Assembly: GCA_028710845.1 (NCBI GenBank)
Contig: JAQTTI010000001.1
Coordinates: 1 to 36,143, forward strand
DNA length: 36,143 bases
DNA from: Candidatus Omnitrophota bacterium
Lineage (GTDB): Bacteria; Omnitrophota; Gorgyraeia; Gygaellales; Profunditerraquicolaceae
Direction: 5' to 3'
This document shows, in pieces, positions 27,110-34,297 of the stretch (position 1 is the first letter of the stretch; each line of letters begins with the position of its first letter). The notes under the pieces are model-generated. The model made no database searches and was not told the DNA's origin. It saw nothing but the letters and a program-made list of their open reading frames with translations. The translations under genes and the position numbers were made by a program.

Positions 27110-28501
27110 ATGAAAAGTCAGGCTTTAAAACTTTTCACTTTATTTCTGTTGTCATCCTGTTTAGGCATTTACGCCGAGCTTTGGGGGATGACTTCGCACC
27201 AGGCCCTCTCTATAGGCATATTCTCCGCATCTATCTTAGGCACTCTTTTCTTCTGGGATTTCCGCCTCAGTTTTGCTTTTATCGGCACATCTGTTTTGTT
27301 AATTACCAAAACCGTCGACCTTGAGCATGTGATTGAATTTTCATCGCTGGAAGTAATACTTTTTTTAGTAGGGATGATGATCATTATAGGGTTACTTAAG
27401 GATTCCGGGGTTTTTGCCTGGATAGTCAGCCTTATTTTGCGCATTCCGAAGTTAACCGGCAAGAAATTTGTCATTATTGTTTCTATTTTATCTGCTCTTT
27501 TAGCTTCTACTGTCGATGAAGTAACTTCGATTATTTTTATGGTAGTTGCAGTGCTTGAGATCTGCAGTTATTTTGAAGTGAATCCTGTCCCTTTTGTGAT
27601 AATTTCGGTTTTAACTACGAATATCGGCTCTGCCGCCACAGTCCTGGGGAATCCTATTGGAATACTTATTGCTTCTAAGTCCGGATTAACTTTCGAGGAT
27701 TTCATTGTTAAAGCGCTTCCATTATCGGTAATTTGTTTGATTGTTACCTGTTTTATCCTATTATTCTGGTACAGGAAACCGATAAAAATACTTAATGGTC
27801 AGATACAGCGGTTGGGGGCCAATGATATATTGATCAGATTGATCTCAGTGCCCCCGGAAAAAGAGCTTAGAATGAGCCTGGGGATCTTTGTCGTAATGCT
27901 TTTTTTCATTTCCTTGCATCACCGGATGGAGGTAGCCTGGGGTCTGCCGGCAAATACCATATTGCTGGTTGTACCGCTGGTAACCAGCGGCATTGTCATG
28001 ATCTGGAAACATTATAAAGCCAGAAAATATATCGAAAAAGATGTCGAATGGTGGACTTTGCTTTTTTTCCTGCTTCTTTTCGTGCAAGCCGGGACCCTGA
28101 AGTATACCGGGGCTACGGTTTTTATAGCCAAGAAAATGCTGGAGTTTACCGGAAGTAATATTAACTTATTAACCTCAAGCGTGTTATGGATCAGCGCTAT
28201 AGGCTCAAGTATGCTGGATAATGTAATTTTAGTCGCTGCTTTTGTCCCCATTATACAAGGGTTTCATAGTTTAAATATAAACCTCCAGTCTTTATGGTGG
28301 GCTTTGCTTTTAGGCGGCTGTTTGGGAGGCAATATTACTTTGATTGGTTCAACGGCAAATATCGTGGCAATCGGTCTTCTGGAAAAGGAGAGCCGGATTA
28401 AAATAACTTTTCTGGAGTGGCTCAAGGTAGGCCTTACGGTGGGTATAATTACCACCTTAATTGTAATGTTTGCGTTGTTATTCCTGCCGTTTTATAGATA
28501 A
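27110..28501 (+). CDS. ArsB/NhaD-superfamily (citrate transporter-like) permease
   Basis: 463 aa polytopic protein. ...DNVILVAAFVPII..., LLLGGCLGGNITLIGSTANIV. Paralogous to 34294-35562. Confidence 0.7.
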   Translation: MKSQALKLFTLFLLSSCLGIYAELWGMTSHQALSIGIFSASILGTLFFWDFRLSFAFIGTSVLLITKTVDLEHVIEFSSLEVILFLVGMMIIIGLLKDSGVFAWIVSLILRIPKLTGKKFVIIVSILSALLASTVDEVTSIIFMVVAVLEICSYFEVNPVPFVIISVLTTNIGSAATVLGNPIGILIASKSGLTFEDFIVKALPLSVICLIVTCFILLFWYRKPIKILNGQIQRLGANDILIRLISVPPEKELRMSLGIFVVMLFFISLHHRMEVAWGLPANTILLVVPLVTSGIVMIWKHYKARKYIEKDVEWWTLLFFLLLFVQAGTLKYTGATVFIAKKMLEFTGSNINLLTSSVLWISAIGSSMLDNVILVAAFVPIIQGFHSLNINLQSLWWALLLGGCLGGNITLIGSTANIVAIGLLEKESRIKITFLEWLKVGLTVGIITTLIVMFALLFLPFYR

Positions 28502-28502
28502 C

Positions 28503-28531
28503 TTGACAAAGCGGAAATTGTATGTTAAATT
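28503..28531 (+). promoter_or_regulatory. Sigma70-type promoter (TTGACA, 17 nt, TAAATT, TGT extended -10)
   Basis: -35 at 28503-28508, 17-nt spacer, -10 at 28526-28531, followed by RBS AAGGAGG and ATG 28558. Same TATGTTAAATT box as at 8428-8438. Confidence 0.6.
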
Positions 28532-28557
28532 ACGTCTAACCTACAAGGAGGATAAGA

Positions 28558-29283
28558 ATGGGTTTTAGCAAAAGATTGTTTTTATCCGTATTATTTACTT
28601 CAGTTGCAGCCTTAAGTTCTTATGTGTTGGCAGAAGAAACGCCTGTGGCTGGAACCGGTTCAATAGAGATTTCAACCCCCGCTCCTTCGCTAGAGAATGA
28701 CATACAATGGGCCTGGGGAGATGTGGTTAGTCTTGATGTCCCCGCAAAAACCGTTACTATCAAGTATCTTGATTATGAAACTGACCAGGAAAAAGAACTG
28801 GTTCTAACCGTAGACGAAAATACGACCTTTGAAAATATTAAAGCCCTTGAAGAAATTAAATTAAAGGATACTTTAAGTATAGACTATATGGTAACCATTG
28901 ATAATAAAAATATCGCTAAAAATATAAGCCTTGAGAAACCGGATGAATTACCGGCTTCTCTTGAGCCAAAAGATGATTTACAGCCGAAAGAAACAACTAT
29001 GATTCCTCAGGTACCGGCTGAAACGCCGAACCAGATAGCTGAGCCAGTATCTGGAACTAAAACACAGGATCCTGTCAAAGTTGAAGCGCCGGCGCCTGTT
29101 CCGGCATTTCCGCCGGCAGATGAGCCGCAAGTAATAAAACCATCACCGAAATCAATATATGAAGTTACGCCAGTGGAGGAACCGGCTCAAACGATGGAGC
29201 CAGCGCCTGTTTTAGAGCAGTCAGCACAAACCGTAGAACCAGGTCCAGAGACGCAACCGGAAACCAGCGGTCAAGCGCAGTAA
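28558..29283 (+). CDS. Secreted protein: small N-terminal beta-rich domain plus Pro/Glu/Ala-rich tail (hypothetical)
   Basis: 241 aa. Signal peptide ...SYVLA-EE. The C-terminal half is low complexity (EPAPV, VEPGPETQPE). Confidence 0.45.
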   Translation: MGFSKRLFLSVLFTSVAALSSYVLAEETPVAGTGSIEISTPAPSLENDIQWAWGDVVSLDVPAKTVTIKYLDYETDQEKELVLTVDENTTFENIKALEEIKLKDTLSIDYMVTIDNKNIAKNISLEKPDELPASLEPKDDLQPKETTMIPQVPAETPNQIAEPVSGTKTQDPVKVEAPAPVPAFPPADEPQVIKPSPKSIYEVTPVEEPAQTMEPAPVLEQSAQTVEPGPETQPETSGQAQ

Positions 29284-29308
29284 TTATTTATAGTAAATTC
29301 TTATAAAT

Positions 29309-29341
29309 AAGGCAGGGCCTTAAAACCCTGCCTTTATTTTT
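29309..29341 (+). terminator. Rho-independent terminator
   Basis: AAGGCAGGG-CCTTAAAA-CCCTGCCTT followed by TATTTTT. Confidence 0.75.
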
Positions 29342-29344
29342 CTT

Positions 29345-29986
29345 ATGCGGAACATAAGGCTGATTATTTTTGATTTAGACGGTACCTTGATAGATGCCTA
29401 CCGGGCGATAGAAAAAAGTTTTAATTTTGTGATGCGCGCTTTGGGATTAAAGTTAAGAAGCCCGGGTATAATCAGGCGTTCAGTCGGATGGGGAGATGTT
29501 TTTCTGCTTAAGCCTTTTGTGCCTAAAAAAGACCTGGCTTGCGCTTTAAAACTATACCGCAACCATCATAAACAAAGCCTGGTTAGAAATTCGCGTTTAT
29601 ATCCCAAGGTCAGGCTTCTTTTGAGGCGGATAAAAGCCAAGCGTTTAAAATTAGCGGTAGCCAGCAACCGGCCGACGGAATTTTCACTTATTTTATTAAA
29701 GCATTTAGGGATACTAAGGTATTTTGATTATGTGCTCTGCGGCGATAAATTGAAAAAAGGCAAGCCCCACCCGGAAATATTAAACAGGATAATCAGGCGT
29801 TTTAAGCTTAAGAAAGACCAGGTTTTATATGTAGGGGACATGATAATCGATGCCCAGGCAGGCAAGCGGGCCGGGGTAAGGACCATAATCGTAACCGGCG
29901 GTTCAAGCAGCAGGGAAGATATAAAAAAAGAAAAACCGGCTAAAATAATCGGAAATATCACGCAACTGGTAGGTTTTATATCATAA
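29345..29986 (+). CDS. HAD-superfamily hydrolase, phosphoglycolate phosphatase-like
   Basis: 213 aa. IIFDLDGTLIDA (motif I), VASNR (motif II), KGKPHP (motif III), YVGDMIIDAQAG (motif IV). Confidence 0.8.
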   Translation: MRNIRLIIFDLDGTLIDAYRAIEKSFNFVMRALGLKLRSPGIIRRSVGWGDVFLLKPFVPKKDLACALKLYRNHHKQSLVRNSRLYPKVRLLLRRIKAKRLKLAVASNRPTEFSLILLKHLGILRYFDYVLCGDKLKKGKPHPEILNRIIRRFKLKKDQVLYVGDMIIDAQAGKRAGVRTIIVTGGSSSREDIKKEKPAKIIGNITQLVGFIS

Positions 29987-29990
29987 AGGC

Positions 29991-30019
29991 TTGACAGCAG
30001 GGTTAATCGGTAATATTAT
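29991..30019 (+). promoter_or_regulatory. Sigma70-type promoter (TTGACA, 17 nt, TATTAT)
   Basis: -35 at 29991-29996, 17-nt spacer, -10 at 30014-30019. The ATG lies 11 nt after the -10. Confidence 0.55.
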
Positions 30020-30030
30020 TAAAAACGAGC

Positions 30031-30669
30031 ATGAAAAAAAGCATTAAGATATTAAATGCGGTTGTTTTATCATTCTTCTTGGCAGGCTGTTTTTCTACAA
30101 AAGCCGCTAGTAAAAATCCGGCACTTGATTCATCAAGCCATTATACGGGCCCGAAAGCCAAGGTTACCGTCAGCGATTTTGAATTAAAAACATCCGGTAT
30201 CTATACGCCGGTCAGCCTATCCCTTAAAGAATATTTTATTACAATTCTAAACGAGACCCGGCGGTTTGAAATTGTCAGCCCCCAGGAAGCAGACTTGATT
30301 ATCAGCGTGGAAGTGGTTGAATTTATACCCGAAAGTTCCGGCGGAAAGTCCGGTTCCGGCGGCGGGGGCAGCAGCGCAAGAAGTTTTATGGGCGGGCTAT
30401 TGGGAGAAGTCTTAAATAAAGCTAACATGCAGTTACGCTTAAGGCTTATCGATAAGCTAAGTTCGAATATAATAAGCAGCCGGGATATTCAAAGCCAGGC
30501 AGTAGAAAATTCCGGGAAAAAAGAAGCCTATACCCCCCACGATAAAATTTTTAAAACTGGTTTAAGTGAATATGCCGATACGCCGATGGGTAAAGTTATC
30601 CACGATTGTCTGCAGGATGCCGGCCGTTTTACCGTCCAGAATATACCGCAGAACTATTATAAAAATTAA
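30031..30669 (+). CDS. Compact CsgG/HfaB-family lipoprotein with Gly-rich loop
   Basis: 212 aa. Lipobox FLAGC. KAKVTVSDFE, ITILNETRRFEIVSPQ, LIISVEVVEF...SGGKSGSGGGGSS...ANMQLRLRLID and PMGKVIHDCLQDA align by eye block-for-block with E. coli CsgG. Confidence 0.55.
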   Translation: MKKSIKILNAVVLSFFLAGCFSTKAASKNPALDSSSHYTGPKAKVTVSDFELKTSGIYTPVSLSLKEYFITILNETRRFEIVSPQEADLIISVEVVEFIPESSGGKSGSGGGGSSARSFMGGLLGEVLNKANMQLRLRLIDKLSSNIISSRDIQSQAVENSGKKEAYTPHDKIFKTGLSEYADTPMGKVIHDCLQDAGRFTVQNIPQNYYKN

Positions 30670-30677
30670 GGAGAAGC

Positions 30678-30758
30678 ATGGGCAAAAGAAAACGAAGAGG
30701 AAAGCTTAATTGGCGTTCTAAGAAGGCCAACAAGGGTAGAAAACCTAATTTAGGTTAA
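30678..30758 (+). CDS. 26-aa extremely basic peptide MGKRKRRGKLNWRSKKANKGRKPNLG (not in ORF track); possible ribosome-associated small protein
   Basis: ATG 30678 is preceded by AAGGAG (30668-30673) at 4-nt spacing, and TAA is at 30756-30758. 13 of 26 residues are K or R. The KKANKGRKPN tail resembles, from memory, actinobacterial bL37. Confidence 0.45.
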   Translation: MGKRKRRGKLNWRSKKANKGRKPNLG

Positions 30759-30771
30759 ATTTTTTAAAAGT

Positions 30772-31515
30772 ATGGTTTTAATCTGGATCCTGGCCAGCAC
30801 TTTTCTTGTCAGCGTTATTTCCCTAGTCGGGATAATCACGCTTTTGATAAAGGCTAATTTAATGCCGAAGATCCTTTTCTGCCTGATCGGTTTTTCCGCC
30901 GGCGCGCTCATCGGCAGCGCTTTTCTGCATATCCTTCCGGAGTGCCTGGAAACAAATTCAAGCTCAAGCGTTTTTAATTTTTTAATTCTAGGGATTATAA
31001 CCTTTTTTATTATGGAGAGGTTTTTGTTTTGGCGGCATTGCCATAAAGAAGGCGGTTGTAAAACCCATACTTTTACTTATCTTAATTTAGTAGGAGACGG
31101 ATTCCATAATTTTATCGACGGTATGGTTATTGCCGCTAGTTTCCTGGTTTCTTTTAAGCTGGGGGCGATAACTACATTCGCCATCATTCTTCATGAGATT
31201 CCCCAGGAACTCGGTGATTTTGCAGTTTTAATTTACGGCGGTTTTTCCAAGAAAAAAGCCCTTTTATTTAATTTCGCTTCAGCAGTTATGGCTGTTATCG
31301 GAGCGATTATCGGTTATTTCTTATCTGACTTAAGCAAAAACTTTTCGAATTTTATCCTGCCCTTTACCGCCGGCGGATTTATCTATATTGCTTCAAGCGA
31401 CCTGATTCCGGAACTCCACAAAGAAAACAGCCTTAAACGATCAACCGCCGCTTTTACTGCTTTTCTGTTAGGGATAGTTTTTATGGCCCTGGCCAAAGGT
31501 TTCTTACCCGAATAA
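30772..31515 (+). CDS. ZIP-family divalent metal (zinc) transporter
   Basis: 247 aa. HNFIDGMVIAASF and HEIPQELGDFAVL signature helices. His/Cys loop HCHKEGGCKTH. Confidence 0.85.
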   Translation: MVLIWILASTFLVSVISLVGIITLLIKANLMPKILFCLIGFSAGALIGSAFLHILPECLETNSSSSVFNFLILGIITFFIMERFLFWRHCHKEGGCKTHTFTYLNLVGDGFHNFIDGMVIAASFLVSFKLGAITTFAIILHEIPQELGDFAVLIYGGFSKKKALLFNFASAVMAVIGAIIGYFLSDLSKNFSNFILPFTAGGFIYIASSDLIPELHKENSLKRSTAAFTAFLLGIVFMALAKGFLPE

Positions 31516-31524
31516 TTAATTACA

Positions 31525-32508
31525 ATGAAAGCCAAAGCCTTAGCTTTAATTTCTGGAGGTCTGGATAGCCTGCTGGCCGCAAAAATAATTTGCGATCAAG
31601 GCATAGAGGTGACCGGGGTACATTTCAAAATACCCTTCTGCAAATTGAACATAAAAGATAAATTTCCCGATATCGGAATAAGGATAATTGAACCTGACTT
31701 AGGCAAAGAGTTCCTGGGATTAATTAAAAATCCGCGTTACGGATTCGGGTCAAATATGAATCCTTGTATTGACTGTAAAATTTTAATGTTCAGAAAAGCC
31801 AAAAAACTGATGCGGCGTTTAAAAGCAAGCTTTGTGGTAACGGGAGAAGTCCTCGGACAGAGGCCGATGTCCCAGAATAGGCAGGCATTAAGTTTAATCC
31901 AGAAAAAAAGCGGTTTAGGGGACCTTTTGCTTCGGCCTTTATCCGCACAGTTTTTTTCACCCAGCCTGGCGGAAAGCAAGGGATGGGTAAAAAGAGATAA
32001 GCTTTTAAAACTTAACGGCCGCTCGCGCAATGTGCAGATTAGGCTGGCTCGGGATCTGGGGTTGTTAAATTATTCTACTCCGGCAGGGGGCTGTCTTTTA
32101 ACCGACCCCTGTTTTTCGAAAAGATTGAAAGAGCTTATTAAGCATAATGAATTAAATTTAGATAATCTGGAGCTTCTTAAATTAGGCAGGCATTTCAGGG
32201 TAGATGCAAAAACACGGCTGGTGGTAGGCAGGGATGAAAAAGAGAATAACTTGATTTTACATTTAACTAAACCCGGCGACTATTTATTGGTCCCCCAGAA
32301 AGATTTAGCCGGTCCTACCTGTTTAATCAGGGGAGAAGTCGATCAAAAATCTATTTTTATATCCGCCCAGATAATTTCCGCTTATACTGATGTTTCCGGT
32401 TTAAAAGAAATAAAGGTAGCTTATAAAAAGGTGAATACAAAACCGGTCAATACGCTTAAAATAGCTTGTGTTTCCAAGGCTGATTTTATGCATTTATTAA
32501 TAAAATGA
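31525..32508 (+). CDS. PP-loop ATPase, ThiI/MnmA-like thiolation enzyme with candidate Fe-S Cys triad
   Basis: 327 aa. ALISGGLDS (SGGxDS PP-loop), NPCIDCK, TGEVLGQRPMSQ, LLRPL, AGGCLLTDPC. Confidence 0.65.
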   Translation: MKAKALALISGGLDSLLAAKIICDQGIEVTGVHFKIPFCKLNIKDKFPDIGIRIIEPDLGKEFLGLIKNPRYGFGSNMNPCIDCKILMFRKAKKLMRRLKASFVVTGEVLGQRPMSQNRQALSLIQKKSGLGDLLLRPLSAQFFSPSLAESKGWVKRDKLLKLNGRSRNVQIRLARDLGLLNYSTPAGGCLLTDPCFSKRLKELIKHNELNLDNLELLKLGRHFRVDAKTRLVVGRDEKENNLILHLTKPGDYLLVPQKDLAGPTCLIRGEVDQKSIFISAQIISAYTDVSGLKEIKVAYKKVNTKPVNTLKIACVSKADFMHLLIK

Positions 32509-33536
32509 AAGAAGCCCAGCTTTATATTAAAGTAGGAGATCAGAAGGTGCATTGCCGGCTTTGCGCGCAGGCATGTATTATTAGAGAAGGAAAATTCGGG
32601 TATTGCCGGGTAAGGCAGAACATCAAAGGGGTCCTTTACACCCATAATTACGGAAAACTTGTAGCGGCAAATGTTGACCCAATCGAGAAAAAACCGTTGT
32701 TTCATTTTCTACCCGGTTCAAAGGCTTTTTCGATTGCCTGCGCCGGATGTAATTTTCGCTGTGGATTTTGCCAAAACTGGGAAATTTCGCAGGCAGATTT
32801 TATTAAGGAACAACCGGCTGAGGAGGTAAGCCCTGAAAATATCATAAGATTGGCTAAACAAAGCGCAGCTGAATCAATCGCCTATACTTATACTGAGCCG
32901 ACTATCTATTTTGAATTTGCTTTAGCGGTAATGAAGCTGGCAAAAGCATGCGGATTTAATAATATATTTGTTACCAACGGTTATATGGACAAGGAAGCCG
33001 TTTACCTATTAAAACCTTATCTGGATGCGGTAAACGTCGATTTAAAATTTTTTAAAGAAGATTCTTACCGCAAGATATGTTCTGCTAAACTTGGACCCGT
33101 TCTTGATTCTATCCGTTTATTTCAGGAATTGGGGATATGGGTTGAAGTCACTACCCTGATAATTCCCGGGGAAAACGACTCTGAAGAAGAGCTAAACGCA
33201 ATCGCTGCTTTTATTGCGGGCCTGGATAAAAATATTCCCTGGCATGTTTCCCGTTTCCATCCCGATTACGAATTCGATAGTTACCCGAGTACGCCGGAAA
33301 AGAGTTTAAAAATGGCATATGATTTGGGTAAAGCGCAGGGATTACGGTATATATATGCAGGAAATATTTCCGGTTGGGGGCAGGATACTTTTTGCAGTAA
33401 ATGCCAGCGCCTCCTGATTAAAAGAGAGGGATATAGTGTTTTAGAGTCTCATCTTTCCGGCAATCGATGCCTTTACTGCCAGGAAACGCTTCCCGGGATT
33501 TTTATTAATACCCGGGAACTAACCGAAAAGGATTGA
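32505..33536 (+). CDS. AmmeMemoRadiSam-system-type radical SAM enzyme (PFL-activase related)
   Basis: 343 aa. CRLCAQACIIREGKFGYCRVR, DPIEKKPLFHFLPG, CAGCNFRCGFCQNWEIS (CX3CX2C), and C-terminal CSKC...CLYC. ATGA overlap with the PP-loop gene. Confidence 0.8.
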   Translation: MKEAQLYIKVGDQKVHCRLCAQACIIREGKFGYCRVRQNIKGVLYTHNYGKLVAANVDPIEKKPLFHFLPGSKAFSIACAGCNFRCGFCQNWEISQADFIKEQPAEEVSPENIIRLAKQSAAESIAYTYTEPTIYFEFALAVMKLAKACGFNNIFVTNGYMDKEAVYLLKPYLDAVNVDLKFFKEDSYRKICSAKLGPVLDSIRLFQELGIWVEVTTLIIPGENDSEEELNAIAAFIAGLDKNIPWHVSRFHPDYEFDSYPSTPEKSLKMAYDLGKAQGLRYIYAGNISGWGQDTFCSKCQRLLIKREGYSVLESHLSGNRCLYCQETLPGIFINTRELTEKD

Positions 33537-33561
33537 CAGCCTTAAGGGTTAGGGTTAAAAT
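33533..33561 (+). promoter_or_regulatory. Sigma70-type promoter (TTGACA, 17 nt, TAAAAT) overlapping the radical SAM stop codon
   Basis: -35 at 33533-33538 (contains TGA 33534-33536), 17-nt spacer, -10 at 33556-33561. Confidence 0.55.
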
Positions 33562-33586
33562 ATTTTCGGGAACCAATCTAACCTTG

Positions 33587-33611
33587 CCCCTATAAAATAG
33601 GGGTATTTTTT
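33587..33611 (+). terminator. Short terminator-like hairpin plus T-run inside the 5' leader (possible attenuator)
   Basis: CCCCT-ATAAAAT-AGGGG followed by TATTTTTT. It lies between the predicted TSS (about 33568) and ATG 33623. Confidence 0.3.
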
Positions 33612-33622
33612 ACTATTCTTCC

Positions 33623-34297
33623 ATGACCGAAAATTCCACTCAATTAGTACCTAAAAAAACTACCGTATTTTTTGCTTTTGACAATACGATCGCAACCTGT
33701 GATGTATTTGATAATATGCTTTTGCTGTTCTCCAGGAACGATAGCTGGATCGAGCTGGAAAAAAGATGGAAATCAGGCCGGATCGGTTCCAAAACCTGCC
33801 TGGAAGGCCAGGTCCGGGGTATGGATTTAACTAAAAAAGAACTGGATACCTATCTGCCTAAGATAAAAATCGACCCTTACTTTAAGCAGCTTTACAAATT
33901 TTTACAGGCCAAAAGGATTAAGACTGTTATCGTAAGCGATAATTTTGATTATATAATCAACCGGGTTTTAAAGATTAACGGGATAAAAAAGGCCAAGATC
34001 TATGCCAATAAATTGGATTTTTCAAAAGGTAAAGTGGTTACGGATTATCCTTTTAAAAATAAAGACTGCCAGATATGCGCCCACTGTAAGACGAAAAATC
34101 TTTTGGGAAATTCTGCCAAGGGCTCGACGATCATTTACGTAGGCGACGGCCATTCAGATTCCTGTCCTGCCAAACATGCCTCAATTGTATTCGCCAAAAA
34201 CCACCTGCTCAAACACCTTAAAGAAAGCAACCTTGATTACATGGCTTTCCACAGCCTGAAAGAGGTCTTTTCTTATTTAAAAACTAAACTAAAATGA
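33623..34297 (+). CDS. HAD-superfamily MtnX/PSPase-like protein with non-canonical motif I and a Cys cluster
   Basis: 224 aa. FFAFDNTIA replaces hhhhDxDGT; VSDN (motif II), CQICAHCKTK (motif III Lys in a Cys cluster), YVGDGHSD (motif IV). Confidence 0.6.
   Translation: MTENSTQLVPKKTTVFFAFDNTIATCDVFDNMLLLFSRNDSWIELEKRWKSGRIGSKTCLEGQVRGMDLTKKELDTYLPKIKIDPYFKQLYKFLQAKRIKTVIVSDNFDYIINRVLKINGIKKAKIYANKLDFSKGKVVTDYPFKNKDCQICAHCKTKNLLGNSAKGSTIIYVGDGHSDSCPAKHASIVFAKNHLLKHLKESNLDYMAFHSLKEVFSYLKTKLK

Noticed and set aside
33490-33518. 8-bp inverted repeat TTCCCGGG ... CCCGGGAA near the 3' end of the radical SAM gene
   Set aside because: It lies inside the coding sequence (LPGIFINTRE), has a 13-nt loop and no T-run. 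It was not called as a terminator or operator.
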